Positions 7,612 to 17,219 of a DNA stretch of 38,075 nucleotides are shown here, one piece after another. The notes below the pieces were generated by a model. That model searched no databases and was not told the DNA's origin. It saw nothing but the letters and a program-made list of their open reading frames with translations. Position 1 is the stretch's first letter. Each line of letters opens with the position of its first letter. The translations under genes and the position numbers were made by a program. Source of the stretch: Gammaproteobacteria bacterium (lineage in GTDB: Bacteria > Pseudomonadota > Gammaproteobacteria > Poriferisulfidales > Oxydemutatoraceae); the NCBI GenBank assembly GCA_007570905.1, contig RKSI01000028.1, forward strand, positions 1 to 38,075, given 5' to 3'.

Positions 7612-8271
7612 ATGGAACAAACCATTTCACGCGCGCAGACCCCGGTTCTGGCGAGCAACCGGGTCATACGCAACACCTACCTGCTGCTGACGCTGACGCT
7701 GCTGACCAGCGCCGCCGCCGCCGGCTTTGCGATGGCCGCCGGCGCGCAGCCGATTAACTGGTTCATCATGATCGCGGTCTTTATCGGCATGCCGTTCGTG
7801 ATTTACCGGTTCCGCGACAGCGCCTGGTCGCTGGCGCTGACTTTTCTGTTCACCGGCTTCATGGGCTATGTGCTGGGGCCGATACTGTCGCTCTATCTCG
7901 GGCTGCCGAACGGGCCGCAGATTGTGATGTCGGCGTTCGCGACGACGGCGGTGATGTTCACCGGTCTGTCGGTATATGCGCTGGCGACGCAGCGCGACTT
8001 CAGTTTCATGGGCGGCTTTCTGTTCGTCGGCGTGATTGTCGTGCTGCTGGCCATCGTCGCCAACCTGTTTCTGGCAATCCCGGCGCTGTCGCTGACCATC
8101 TCGGCGGTGGCGGTCATCCTGATGTCGGGGCTGATACTGTACGACACCAGCCGCATGTTGCACGGCGGCGAGACCAACTATGTCGTGATGACGGTGTCGC
8201 TGTACGCCAACATCTATGTGATGTTCACGCACCTGCTGAACCTGTTCACGGCGCTGGGCGGCCACGAGTAA
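7612..8271 (+). CDS. Bax inhibitor-1/YccA family inner-membrane protein
   Basis: The start is at MEQTISRAQTPVLASNRVIRNTYLLL, with a GGAGG RBS. It has about 7 TM segments and the C-terminal ...YDTSRMLHGGETNYVVMTVSLYANIYVMFTHLLNLF pattern typical of the BI-1 family. Confidence 0.85.
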   Translation: MEQTISRAQTPVLASNRVIRNTYLLLTLTLLTSAAAAGFAMAAGAQPINWFIMIAVFIGMPFVIYRFRDSAWSLALTFLFTGFMGYVLGPILSLYLGLPNGPQIVMSAFATTAVMFTGLSVYALATQRDFSFMGGFLFVGVIVVLLAIVANLFLAIPALSLTISAVAVILMSGLILYDTSRMLHGGETNYVVMTVSLYANIYVMFTHLLNLFTALGGHE

Positions 8272-8340
8272 CCGCGAGCAGCCGCAGCAGCCGCGGGCAG
8301 CATTCGTTTGCGCCGTCCCGCCGCAGGCGCGGGGCGGCGC

Positions 8341-11300
8341 TCAACCGCCGGACTTAAGGCGCGCCTTCGGCGCGCCGATGAATTTCACTTGCGGGTTTTC
8401 CCAACTGCCCTTCAGCGCATAGCGCAGCGTGATGACCCGGTCCACCCGGCGGCCCAGGCGCGCGGCCTTGTCCACGACAAAAACAATGGCGCCGGCGAGC
8501 GGGCCGGCGAACAGCGCCGACATCAGCGGCAGCGTTGAACTCAGGTTCGGCACCACATCAATCCGCTGGTCGTAGTCGCGCGCGGCGATGCCGGTGCGCC
8601 CGCTGATGGACAGGTTCAGCGCGGGGCCGTCGATGACGAAGTTCTCGGTCATCATGTCGCCGCCGCCGAAAACCAGGCGCCCGCTCATCGTGTCAAAGGC
8701 GAGGCCCTTGTCGAACACATCCTTGAAATCAAGCGTGAAGCGCTGCACTATCTCCGAGATGTTCAGCAGTCCCAGCAGTTTGCCGACGCCGGGCTTGAGC
8801 GTCTCGACGGTGCCGTCTTCGGTGTCAATCACGACCTCTCCCTCGAGTTTGCCGAGGCCGAAGCGCGGCAGCGAATCGTTCCACGCGACATCGCCGCGCA
8901 GCGTGCCGCGCGCGCCCTTCAAACCGGTCTGAAACCCCCACAGCCGCAGCAGTTTTCCGTAGTCGCCGCTTTCCGCCTCCAGTTTCAGTTCGCTGCGCTG
9001 CCGGTCGCCGCCGTTCCAGCGCCCGCTGAGCCGCACCTCGCCGATTGTCGTGCCGTCGGCGACTTTGCTGAAAGACGCCCTTGAAATCGCCAGGCCCGGT
9101 TGCGCCGGGTTGGTCATCACGCGCAGGTTGTTGACGGCAATCTCGTCAAACCGGAACTCGCCCACCCGAATCGCCAGCGGCGGCAGGCCGGCGGGATCGG
9201 GCGCGCCGCCGTCAGCGCCGGCGCCGATGTCCGCAAACATCGCCTCGCCAAGGCCAAGACGCTCAAAGTCGAGATAAACGCGCGGGTTGGCGGCCTGCGC
9301 CTGCGGGAAAATAACGCCGCCCTTGACCGGTTCGGAATCAACGCGCAACTCCAGCCGTCCGTCCGGCAGGCGCGCGGTTTTCAGCGCCAGTTTGCCCAGC
9401 GCCTGCCCGCCGAACGCGGCCTGCCCGATGACGACATCCACCGCGCCCGGCACGACCGGCGCCGCGCCGCCGCCGATGCGGTCGCCGTGCGTGCGCCACC
9501 ACGCCAGCCACTCGCCGAAGTCCAGATGCTCAATCGCGCCGCGCACGACCGGCGCCGCGCCGGTCGCGGCACGGTGCGGGCCGGGGCCGAGCAACAACTC
9601 GCCCGGCGCACCGCCCGGCGGCGGCAGCGCCCAATCAAACACATCGCCATAAACGACCCGGCGCGGCGCCGCGCCCAGCCCGGTCTCAAACACAAAAGTC
9701 TCGGCCTGTTCGCCGTCCCTGCCGAGCGGCGCCGGCAGGTTGACGCGGATGCCGCGCAGGTCGGAAGTCAGTTTAATCCTGAAGCCGCCGCCCGCCTGCA
9801 CCGCGGCGCCGGGGTTCGGCACCAGCACTTCGGCGCGCCACCCCGCCTCGCCGCCGACAAAATCTTCCAGCGCCGGCGGCGCGGCGGCGGCCATCAGGTC
9901 GGCAAAGTCCGGGTACGGCGCCAGCGTCGCGCTCAGGTCCAGCGCGGTGCCGCCGGCGACACGGCGCGCCGCAATCGTCACCGGGCGCCCCCTGAGTTCG
10001 GCGTTGATGTCGTCGGCGGCGGCGCCGGCGCGGTTGAACGCAAGACGCCCGCGCAGTTTGTCAAAGTCCAGGCCCAGCACCGGAAAAGCGAGGCCGGAAT
10101 TGTCGAAATCCAGCGTGCCGGAAACCACGGTCTTGTGCTTTACCTTGCGGCTCAGCGGCACTTCCAGGTTCAGCCGCAGGCGGCTGTCGCCGCTTGCGGC
10201 GAGGTGGGCGGGCGTCAGTCCGTAGGCGTCGAACAGTTTCAGATGATGCAAATGCGCCAGCACATCGGCAAGCGGCCCGCGCCCGCCGGCGGTGACGGCC
10301 AGCACCGGGCGGCGAACATCGGCGATGGCGACGACGGCGTCTTCGGAACGGGTGTCGAGAACCCGCAGGCGCGAGATGTCGGCGCGCAGCGCGCCGTTGC
10401 CAAACACCAGATCCGCATCCACGCCGCGCAGCGGCGGCTGGCCCTTGCGGTAATTCAGTTCGGCATCGGCGATGGCGGCGGTGATGCGCACGCCGTCGAG
10501 AAAAGAGAAGTCCGACGGCGCGCCGGCATAAACCACCCGCGCCTGCGTCACGCGCCCCGCGACCGGCGCGCGCCGCAGCCATGCATCAAGCGCCGCCGGC
10601 AGTTTCCCTTCGGGCAGCCAGTTGGCGATGCGGTTCAGCGGCAAGTCTTCAAGCGTCGCCAGAAACGCCAGATGTTCCGCCGCGCCGCGCGACCATTGCA
10701 CGCCGCCGCTGAGCGGAAAGGCCTCCTGCGGCGACGCCGCGGCGCCGGGCTGCAACGCGCCGCCGGTCAGCGCGAGTTGCACGCCGCCGGCGCCGGCGCG
10801 CCCGTGCAATTCGCCCGAAACCCGCCCTTCCCAGCAGCGTTCGCCGGTCGCCAGTTCACAGCCGCCGCCAATCTCAACGCCGTCCAGTTCCATCTGAAAC
10901 TCCACCGCGTCCGGCGCGGCGGCATCGCGCACATCGCCGACAAAGCGCAGGCGCCGCCCGAGTGCGGGCGGCAAGTCCGCCTCTACCAGCACGCGCAGGC
11001 CGCCGTCGGCGGACCCCGGGCGCTGCAACACGATGCGCGCGTTGTCAAAGCGGCGCGTCTTGCCGGCGGCGGTGTCGCGCCAGTTGATTGCCACATCCTC
11101 AATCTGCAAATGCGGAAAGGCCGACAGCAGCGCCGGCGACAGCCCGGCAACCACGCCGGAAGTGCCGCCGGCGGGCGGGCGCAGGCCGTCGGTGGCGATG
11201 TCGAGTTCAACGCCGGCGGCGTACACGCCGGAAATTTCCGGGCGCATCCGCAGCAGCGACCGCAGCGCGTCCAGTTCAACCGCCGCGCTTTGCACCGACA

Positions 11301-11559
11301 CCGGCCCCAGCACCAACCCCGACGCCAGCACGCCGAGGTCGCCGCCGCGCAGCAGCGCGCGCACCGAATCCACCCGCACCTCGACGCCGAGCGCCTCGCT
11401 TGCGGCGGACGCGAACTCGCCGCGGTAGTCGTCCACCGAGGCCAGAAACCACCGCGCCGCGAGCGTCAGCACGGCCAGCAGCGCCAGCAACGCGGCGAGC
11501 GCGACCAGCGCGTAATAAGCCGCCCTGCGCGGCGCCGAAATCAAATCGCGGTCTGCCAC
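8341..11559 (-). CDS. YhdP/AsmA-like large envelope protein (DUF3971-type, 1072 aa)
   Basis: It has an N-terminal TM anchor and a long Ala/Gly-rich beta-type body. The C-terminal block ...VPNLSSTLPLMSALFAGPLAGAIVFVVDKA...ITLRYALKGSWENPQV is typical of the YhdP family. Confidence 0.7.
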   Translation of the reverse strand: MADRDLISAPRRAAYYALVALAALLALLAVLTLAARWFLASVDDYRGEFASAASEALGVEVRVDSVRALLRGGDLGVLASGLVLGPVSVQSAAVELDALRSLLRMRPEISGVYAAGVELDIATDGLRPPAGGTSGVVAGLSPALLSAFPHLQIEDVAINWRDTAAGKTRRFDNARIVLQRPGSADGGLRVLVEADLPPALGRRLRFVGDVRDAAAPDAVEFQMELDGVEIGGGCELATGERCWEGRVSGELHGRAGAGGVQLALTGGALQPGAAASPQEAFPLSGGVQWSRGAAEHLAFLATLEDLPLNRIANWLPEGKLPAALDAWLRRAPVAGRVTQARVVYAGAPSDFSFLDGVRITAAIADAELNYRKGQPPLRGVDADLVFGNGALRADISRLRVLDTRSEDAVVAIADVRRPVLAVTAGGRGPLADVLAHLHHLKLFDAYGLTPAHLAASGDSRLRLNLEVPLSRKVKHKTVVSGTLDFDNSGLAFPVLGLDFDKLRGRLAFNRAGAAADDINAELRGRPVTIAARRVAGGTALDLSATLAPYPDFADLMAAAAPPALEDFVGGEAGWRAEVLVPNPGAAVQAGGGFRIKLTSDLRGIRVNLPAPLGRDGEQAETFVFETGLGAAPRRVVYGDVFDWALPPPGGAPGELLLGPGPHRAATGAAPVVRGAIEHLDFGEWLAWWRTHGDRIGGGAAPVVPGAVDVVIGQAAFGGQALGKLALKTARLPDGRLELRVDSEPVKGGVIFPQAQAANPRVYLDFERLGLGEAMFADIGAGADGGAPDPAGLPPLAIRVGEFRFDEIAVNNLRVMTNPAQPGLAISRASFSKVADGTTIGEVRLSGRWNGGDRQRSELKLEAESGDYGKLLRLWGFQTGLKGARGTLRGDVAWNDSLPRFGLGKLEGEVVIDTEDGTVETLKPGVGKLLGLLNISEIVQRFTLDFKDVFDKGLAFDTMSGRLVFGGGDMMTENFVIDGPALNLSISGRTGIAARDYDQRIDVVPNLSSTLPLMSALFAGPLAGAIVFVVDKAARLGRRVDRVITLRYALKGSWENPQVKFIGAPKARLKSGG

Positions 11560-11885
11560 AATTCCTCGAGGTCGTAAAACCTGCGCGCGGCGGCCTGCAT
11601 TACATGAACGACGACATCGCCCAGGTCTATCAGTATCCAGTCGGCGGTGTCGCGGCCCTCGACGCCGAGGGGCCGGACGCCGTTCTCGCGCGCGGTCTCG
11701 ACGATGCGGTCGGAAACGGCCTGGGCGTGGCGGTTGGAGGTGCCGGTGGCGATGATGAAGCGGTCGGTGATGGCGGTCTTGCCGCGCACATCCAGGTCGG
11801 CCACATCGCGCGCCTTCATGTCGCCGAGGCAGTCGAGCACCAGGCGGCGCAGGCGCTCAGACGTCACGGGGTTCGTTCCAGCCAT
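11541..11885 (-). CDS. rsfS: Ribosome silencing factor RsfS (iojap family)
   Basis: 114 aa, with ...LDCLGDMKARDVADLDVRGKTAITDRFIIATGTSNRHAQAVSD...DWILIDLGDVVVHVM. It is downstream of nadD, as is usual. Confidence 0.9.
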   Translation of the reverse strand: MAGTNPVTSERLRRLVLDCLGDMKARDVADLDVRGKTAITDRFIIATGTSNRHAQAVSDRIVETARENGVRPLGVEGRDTADWILIDLGDVVVHVMQAAARRFYDLEELWQTAI

Positions 11886-12492
11886 ACAGACGGTGTCGGC
11901 ATATGTAGTTCCAGACCGCGCCCGGCAGCAGGTAGCGCGGCTGCTCGCGCCGCCCGATCATCGCGCGGATGGCGCCGGACGACGCGGCAAACTGGCGGTT
12001 GTGCGCGCGGTACGCGCAACCGGCGGGGCTGGCCGCAAGCGCCGCCAAATCTTCGGTGCGCCGCCACGCCGCCGGCAACTGGCAGTCGCCGCAATCCGGG
12101 CGCGCCAGCACAATCAGGTGGGCCAGCGCCGGCAGGCGCGCGGCGCACTTCCAGGTGTGCATCTTCGCCGCCGTGTCCTGGCCGGCGACAAACGCAATCG
12201 GCTGTTCGCCGCCGACCTCGTCGCGCAACCGCCCAAGCGTGTCCGCGGTGTATGACACGCCGTCGTGCTCCAGTTCGCGGCCATCCACGACCAGGCCGGC
12301 GCCGGCGACCAGTTCCAGCATTTGCAGCCGGTGGCGCGCGCCGGCGCCGGCCTCGCCCTTGTCCGGATGGACGCGGCACGGCATCAGCCGCACCTGCGAG
12401 ATTTGCGGGCGCGCCAGCAGTTCAAGGGCGGGCTTGATGTGGCCGAAGTGAACCGGGTCAAAGACTCCCCCCATGACCGCAATCACCGGCAA
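11857..12492 (-). CDS. nadD: Nicotinate-nucleotide adenylyltransferase
   Basis: The N-terminal GGVFDPVHFGHI is the (H/T)xGH nucleotidyltransferase motif. The gene lies in holA-nadD-rsfS synteny. Confidence 0.88.
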   Translation of the reverse strand: MPVIAVMGGVFDPVHFGHIKPALELLARPQISQVRLMPCRVHPDKGEAGAGARHRLQMLELVAGAGLVVDGRELEHDGVSYTADTLGRLRDEVGGEQPIAFVAGQDTAAKMHTWKCAARLPALAHLIVLARPDCGDCQLPAAWRRTEDLAALAASPAGCAYRAHNRQFAASSGAIRAMIGRREQPRYLLPGAVWNYICRHRLYGWNEPRDV

Positions 12493-12508
12493 TTCCCCGG
12501 CAACTTCG

Positions 12509-13792
12509 CTACTCGCGCACCTGGCCGCCGCCGAAGACGACGAACTTCTGCGTCGTCAGCCCTTCCAGGCCGACCGGCCCGCGCACATGCAGCACATCGG
12601 TGCTGATGCCGATTTCGGCGCCCAGGCCGTATTCGTGGCCGTCGGAAAAGCGGGTCGAGGCGTTGATGATGACCGAACTGGAATCCACCTCGCGCAGAAA
12701 ACGCATCGCGCGCGCGTGGTCGCGGGTGACGATGGCGTCGGTGTGCTTCGAGCCATAGGCGCCGATGTGTCCGATCGCCTCGTCCATGCCGGCCACCGTC
12801 TTCACCGACAGCACCGGCGCCAGGTATTCCTCGCGCCAGTCGCCGTCGCTTGCGGCGGCGATGTCCGGCAGCACGCGGCGCGTCTTGTCGCAGCCCCGCA
12901 ACTCGACCTTGCGCTCCTTCATGCGTTCGGCGAAGCGCGGCAGAAACTCCGCGGCGACGCTGTCGGCGACCAGCAGCGTCTCCATCGCGTTGCACACGCC
13001 GAAGCGCTGCGCCTTGGCGTTCTCGGCGATGTCCAGCGCCATGCCGATGTCGGCGCCGTCGTCCACATAGACATGGCAGATGCCGTCCAGGTGCTTGATG
13101 ACCGGAATCTTCGACTCGGCGGCGACGCGCTCAATCAGCCCCTTGCCGCCGCGCGGGATGATGACATCAATGCAGTCGTCCAGCGCCAGCATCGCGCTGA
13201 CCGATTCGCGCCCCGGCGTCTTGACGACCTGCACGCAGGCCGCCGGCAGGCCGGCTTCTTCAAGGCCGCGCTCGATGCACGCGGCGATGGCGCGGTTGGA
13301 GCGTATCGCCTCCGAGCCGCCGCGCAGAATAGAGGCGTTGCCGGATTTCAGGCACAGCGCCGCGGCGTCCGCCGTTACATTCGGGCGCGCCTCGTAGATG
13401 ATGCCGACAACGCCCAGCGGCGTGCGCATGCGCCCGACGCGAATGCCCGAAGGGCGCGCCTGCACGCCGCCAATCTCGCCGACCGGGTCGGGCAAATCGG
13501 CTATCTCGCGCACGCCGGCTATCATCGCGTCGATGCGCGCGGCGTTCAGTTCAAGCCGGTCGAGCATCGCGCCGGCGGTGCCGCGTTCGCGCGCGGCCTT
13601 CAAGTCTGCGGCGTTTTCCCGCATCAGATGGTCGCGCGACTGGTCCAACTGCCGCGCAATCGCGTGCAGCGCGCCGTTCTTGACCGGCGTTTCGGCGGCG
13701 CCGATGACCGCGGCGCAGGTTCTCGCCGTCTCGCCGATTTGCCTCAGGCTGGCGCGAACATCGGCGCCGGAATCTTGCGTTGTATCGTTCAT
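12509..13792 (-). CDS. proA: Gamma-glutamyl phosphate reductase
   Basis: 427 aa with full-length ProA pattern: [68 protein letters not shown]. Confidence 0.93.
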   Translation of the reverse strand: MNDTTQDSGADVRASLRQIGETARTCAAVIGAAETPVKNGALHAIARQLDQSRDHLMRENAADLKAARERGTAGAMLDRLELNAARIDAMIAGVREIADLPDPVGEIGGVQARPSGIRVGRMRTPLGVVGIIYEARPNVTADAAALCLKSGNASILRGGSEAIRSNRAIAACIERGLEEAGLPAACVQVVKTPGRESVSAMLALDDCIDVIIPRGGKGLIERVAAESKIPVIKHLDGICHVYVDDGADIGMALDIAENAKAQRFGVCNAMETLLVADSVAAEFLPRFAERMKERKVELRGCDKTRRVLPDIAAASDGDWREEYLAPVLSVKTVAGMDEAIGHIGAYGSKHTDAIVTRDHARAMRFLREVDSSSVIINASTRFSDGHEYGLGAEIGISTDVLHVRGPVGLEGLTTQKFVVFGGGQVRE

Positions 13793-13809
13793 CGTTCAGT
13801 CACTCCCCG

Positions 13810-14826
13810 TCAGGCGGCGGGCGCCCTTCGCAATGCGCCGGCGCCGGACGCGCGCAGCACCAGTCTCAGCAATTCATGCCAGGCGTCGTCGGCGCCGTGG
13901 CCCTTGACGGCCCGGTCGGCCTCGTGGCATGCATACAGCACGCCCCACCAGCGGTGGCGCAGGCCGCGCGCCAGCGCCTTGCGGTACACCGGCTGTTTGG
14001 CCTTCCACACCGCCCGCAGCACCGACTCGCGGCTGTCGCCGGCGGCCAGGCGCCGCTCCATCAAAAGCAGGCGGCGCACCTGGTCGGCCAGCGCCCACAG
14101 CACCAGCGGCTCGGGCGCGCCCTCGCCGCGCAGCCCTTCCAGCACCTGCACCGCGCGGCGGCCATCGCCGCCGACCGCGGCGTCGGCCAGGTCATAGACG
14201 CTGTAATGGGCGCTGTCGCCGACTATCCTGCCGGCCTCGTCCGCCTCCAGCGTGTCGTCGCCGCACAGCAACTTCAGTTTTTCCACTTCCTGCGCCGCCG
14301 CCAGCAGGTTGCCCTCGGCGCGCTCGGCGATGAGTTCGGCGACGCCCTCGCCCGCGGCGACGCCGGCGCGCGCCATGCGCTCGCGCAGCCACGCCCTCAA
14401 TTCGACCGGGTTCTTCGCATACACCTGCACCCACACACCGTGTTCGGTGGCGCGCCGCACCCACGCCGCGCGCCCGTCCACCTTGCGCGCCTGCACCAGA
14501 AACAGCACCTGCTCCGGCGGCGACTCCAGCACTTCCCTGAAGAATTCCGCGCCGCGCGCCGGCAGTTTGTCGCCGGGCAGCCGGATGTCCATGAAACGCC
14601 GCTCGGCGAACAGCGACAGGTTGCCGGCGGCGGCGGCGAGGCGGCTCCAGTCAAAGTCCGGCTCAATGAAGAAAAACTCGCGGTGGCCGTAGCCCTGCGC
14701 CGCGGCTTTGGCGCGGATTTTGTCGGCGGCCTCCATCTGCTGCAAAGGCTCCTCGCCCGACACCAGGTAAAACGGCGCGAGGCCCTTGTCGAGCAGCCCC
14801 GGCAGTTGGTTAAAATAGGCTTTCAT
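13810..14826 (-). CDS. holA: DNA polymerase III delta subunit
   Basis: 338 aa beginning MKAYFNQLPGLLDKGLAPFYLVSGEEPLQ...; the size and synteny fit HolA. Confidence 0.85.
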   Translation of the reverse strand: MKAYFNQLPGLLDKGLAPFYLVSGEEPLQQMEAADKIRAKAAAQGYGHREFFFIEPDFDWSRLAAAAGNLSLFAERRFMDIRLPGDKLPARGAEFFREVLESPPEQVLFLVQARKVDGRAAWVRRATEHGVWVQVYAKNPVELRAWLRERMARAGVAAGEGVAELIAERAEGNLLAAAQEVEKLKLLCGDDTLEADEAGRIVGDSAHYSVYDLADAAVGGDGRRAVQVLEGLRGEGAPEPLVLWALADQVRRLLLMERRLAAGDSRESVLRAVWKAKQPVYRKALARGLRHRWWGVLYACHEADRAVKGHGADDAWHELLRLVLRASGAGALRRAPAA

Positions 14827-14853
14827 CCCCCTATCATATCGGAATCACAGACA

Positions 14854-15729
14854 ATGGAAAAAATCGCATTCATCGGGCTTGGCATCATGGGCCGGCAAAT
14901 GGCCGCCAACCTGCTTGCCGCAGGCCACAAGTTGTTCGTCCACGCGCGCCGCGCCGCGGCGATGGCGCCGCTGGTTGAACAGGGCGCCACAGCCTGCCGC
15001 AGCCCCGCCGACGCCGCGCGCCAGGCCGGCGTCTGCATCACGATGGTGTCGGACACGCCCGATGTCGAGGAGGTGCTGTTCGGCGCCGGCGGCGTCATCC
15101 ACGCCGCCGCCGCCGGCAGCCTGGCGGTGGACATGAGCACCATCTCGCCGGAGGCGACGCGCGGGTTCGCCGCGCGCCTCTCCGAAAAAGACATCACGCT
15201 GCTCGACGCGCCGGTGTCGGGCGGCGAGGCGGGCGCCGTTGAGGGCGCGCTGTCCATCATGGCCGGCGGCCCGAAGGCGGCGTTTGAGCGCGCGCTGCCG
15301 CTGCTGCGGGTGATGGGCAAACACATCGTGCACATCGGCGGCAGCGGCGCCGGGCAGGTCGCAAAGGCATGCAACCAGATTCTCGTCGCCCAGACGATAC
15401 TCGCTTGCGCCGAGGCGCTGGAGTTCGCCGCCGCCGCCGGCGTGGACGCCGCGCGCGTGCGCGAGGCGCTGCTCGGCGGCTTCGCCAACAGCAGGATACT
15501 GGAAGTCCACGGGCGGCGGATGCTGGAAGACGATTACCGCCCCGGCTTCAAGGCGGCGCTGCACTGCAAGGACCTTCGCAACGCCTCGGCGTCGGCGGCG
15601 GCGATGGGCGTGCGCCTCGACGGCCTCACGCTGGCCGCCGAACGCATGCGCGAACTGGTGGACGCAGGCGGCGGCGACCTCGACTCGGCGGCGCTCGCCA
15701 AGGTTGTGCGCGACAATCTTCGCCGCTGA
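14854..15729 (+). CDS. NAD(P)-dependent 3-hydroxyisobutyrate / 2-hydroxy-3-oxopropionate reductase family oxidoreductase
   Basis: This is the in-frame tail of track ORF 13780..15729. The real start is MEKIAFIGLGIMGRQMAANL (Rossmann GxGxxG). The DAPVSGG and GSGAGQVAKACNQ blocks are typical of the HIBADH family. Confidence 0.85.
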   Translation: MEKIAFIGLGIMGRQMAANLLAAGHKLFVHARRAAAMAPLVEQGATACRSPADAARQAGVCITMVSDTPDVEEVLFGAGGVIHAAAAGSLAVDMSTISPEATRGFAARLSEKDITLLDAPVSGGEAGAVEGALSIMAGGPKAAFERALPLLRVMGKHIVHIGGSGAGQVAKACNQILVAQTILACAEALEFAAAAGVDAARVREALLGGFANSRILEVHGRRMLEDDYRPGFKAALHCKDLRNASASAAAMGVRLDGLTLAAERMRELVDAGGGDLDSAALAKVVRDNLRR

Positions 15730-15739
15730 CAGGCGGCGG

Positions 15740-16015
15740 TTACTGCCGCATCAAGGTGCAATTGAAGGCCATCGGCCTGTCGCCGCGGTCGTCCGCGCCG
15801 AGCCGCTCCATTGCGGCGGCGGCGCATTCATCGCGCGTGTCAAACGGGCCGAACATCTCGGTGGATGCGCCGCCCGCGCTGTACAGCGAGGCTTGCCACG
15901 GGCCGTAGCCACCGGCGCCGGCGTGCTGGCGCGCGCCGTCCTCGGTGACACAGCCGAATAAAGACGCCGACGCGACCAGCGCGCCGGCCATTGCCGTGCG
16001 TATTTTCATTGTCAT
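15740..16015 (-). CDS. Hypothetical small lipoprotein
   Basis: MTMKIRTAMAGALVASASLFGC has a lipobox-like LFGC. No family is recognised. The start is ambiguous (16015, 16009 or 16042). Confidence 0.45.
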   Translation of the reverse strand: MTMKIRTAMAGALVASASLFGCVTEDGARQHAGAGGYGPWQASLYSAGGASTEMFGPFDTRDECAAAAMERLGADDRGDRPMAFNCTLMRQ

Positions 16016-16049
16016 CCGGGGTTTTGGGTTCATCGGAAACATAAAGTTA

Positions 16050-16772
16050 TCATTTTCCGGGCCAAATACAACCCTTGCGCGATTCGCGCTCCAGCCTTTC
16101 CAGGAATTTGGCGTGGCGCGCGGTCTCGGCGGGGCTGGCCGGGATGACCGGCAAACTGCCGGCCTGCGCGCCGCCGAGACCGGCCAGTTGCGTCAGATTC
16201 CCGTCCGCCGGGGCGCCCTGCGCCTGCTGAAACATCGCCGTCTGCCCGCCGGTCATCGCCAGGTAAATCCTGGCCAGCAGGTCGGCGTCAATCAGCGCGC
16301 CGTGGTGCTCGTCGCGCGCCGCGCGGTCTATGGAAAAGCGGTCGCTCAGCGCGTCTATGCTGTTTTGCAGGCCCGGGAACTCGTTGCGCGCCAGCGCCAG
16401 CGAGTCGCACACCGTGCAGCCGGTCTGCTCGACAAAGCCGGGCTGGCCGAGCCGCTCCAGTTCGGCGTCGAGAAACGCGAGGTCAAATTCGGCGTTGTGG
16501 ATGATCACCTCGGCGCCGCGCACAAACTCGCAAAGGTTCTGCCAGATGTCGCCGAAGAGCGGCTTGTCGGCCAGAAACGCATCGGTCAGCCCGTGCACCT
16601 CCAGCGCGCGCGGGTCGCTTCTGCGCCCGGGATTGACATAGCGGTGAAACTGCTCGCCGGTCATCGCGCGCCCGGCCAGTTCGAGGCAGGCAATCTCTAC
16701 GATGCGGTGCCCGGCGCCCGGCTCCAGCCCCGTCGTCTCGGTGTCGAGAACGATTTGCCGCGCGTTCTCCAT
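16050..16772 (-). CDS. dnaQ: DNA polymerase III epsilon subunit (3'-5' exonuclease)
   Basis: It begins MENARQIVLDTETTGLEP (Exo I motif). It also carries the IHNAEFDLAFL and HGALIDADLLARIYL motifs. Confidence 0.92.
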   Translation of the reverse strand: MENARQIVLDTETTGLEPGAGHRIVEIACLELAGRAMTGEQFHRYVNPGRRSDPRALEVHGLTDAFLADKPLFGDIWQNLCEFVRGAEVIIHNAEFDLAFLDAELERLGQPGFVEQTGCTVCDSLALARNEFPGLQNSIDALSDRFSIDRAARDEHHGALIDADLLARIYLAMTGGQTAMFQQAQGAPADGNLTQLAGLGGAQAGSLPVIPASPAETARHAKFLERLERESRKGCIWPGK

Positions 16773-17219
16773 TCACGCCCCGCCGGGAATGTTGCGCCGC
16801 GCCAACTCGTCCACCCGCTCGTTCTCCGGGTGCCCGCTGTGGCCGCGCACCCAGCGCCAGTCAATGTCAAAACGCTGCGTCAGGCGGTCGAGTTCCTGCC
16901 ACAAATCCATGTTCTTGACCGGCTTTTTGTCGGAGGTGCGCCAGCCGTTTTCCTTCCACCGCGCAAGCCACTGCTCGACGCCGTTTTTCACATACTGCGA
17001 ATCGGTGACGACGCGCAGCGGGCATCGCCGCCGCACCGCCGACAGCGCGCCGATGGCGGCCTGCAATTCCATCCGGTTGTTGGTCGTGTTCATCTCGCCG
17101 CCGCTGACCACCTTCTCGCGCCCGCGGTAAATCAGCAGCGCGGCCCAGCCGCCCGGCCCGGGGTTGCGCGAGCAGGCGCCGTCGATGTAGATGTCCAGGC
17201 GCTCTTCAGGCATGGTCAT
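16773..17219 (-). CDS. rnhA: Ribonuclease HI
   Basis: This is the tail of track ORF 16773..17471. The start is at MTMPEERLDIYIDGACSRNPGPGGWA, and TNNRMELQAAI and VRGHSGHPENERVDELAR are present. Confidence 0.92.
   Translation of the reverse strand: MTMPEERLDIYIDGACSRNPGPGGWAALLIYRGREKVVSGGEMNTTNNRMELQAAIGALSAVRRRCPLRVVTDSQYVKNGVEQWLARWKENGWRTSDKKPVKNMDLWQELDRLTQRFDIDWRWVRGHSGHPENERVDELARRNIPGGA

Noticed and set aside
9100-11577. An 825-aa plus-strand ORF, and similar giants at 12473..14197, 13780..14853 (the 5' part of 13780..15729), 17569..20004, 27394..29427 and 30632..32944.
   Set aside because: All lie antisense to confidently recognisable genes (YhdP-like, proA/holA, yejF, ppiD, lon). 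Their translations are Arg/Ala/Pro/Gly/His-rich low-complexity strings with no motifs. Long stop-free antisense frames are expected in GC-rich DNA.
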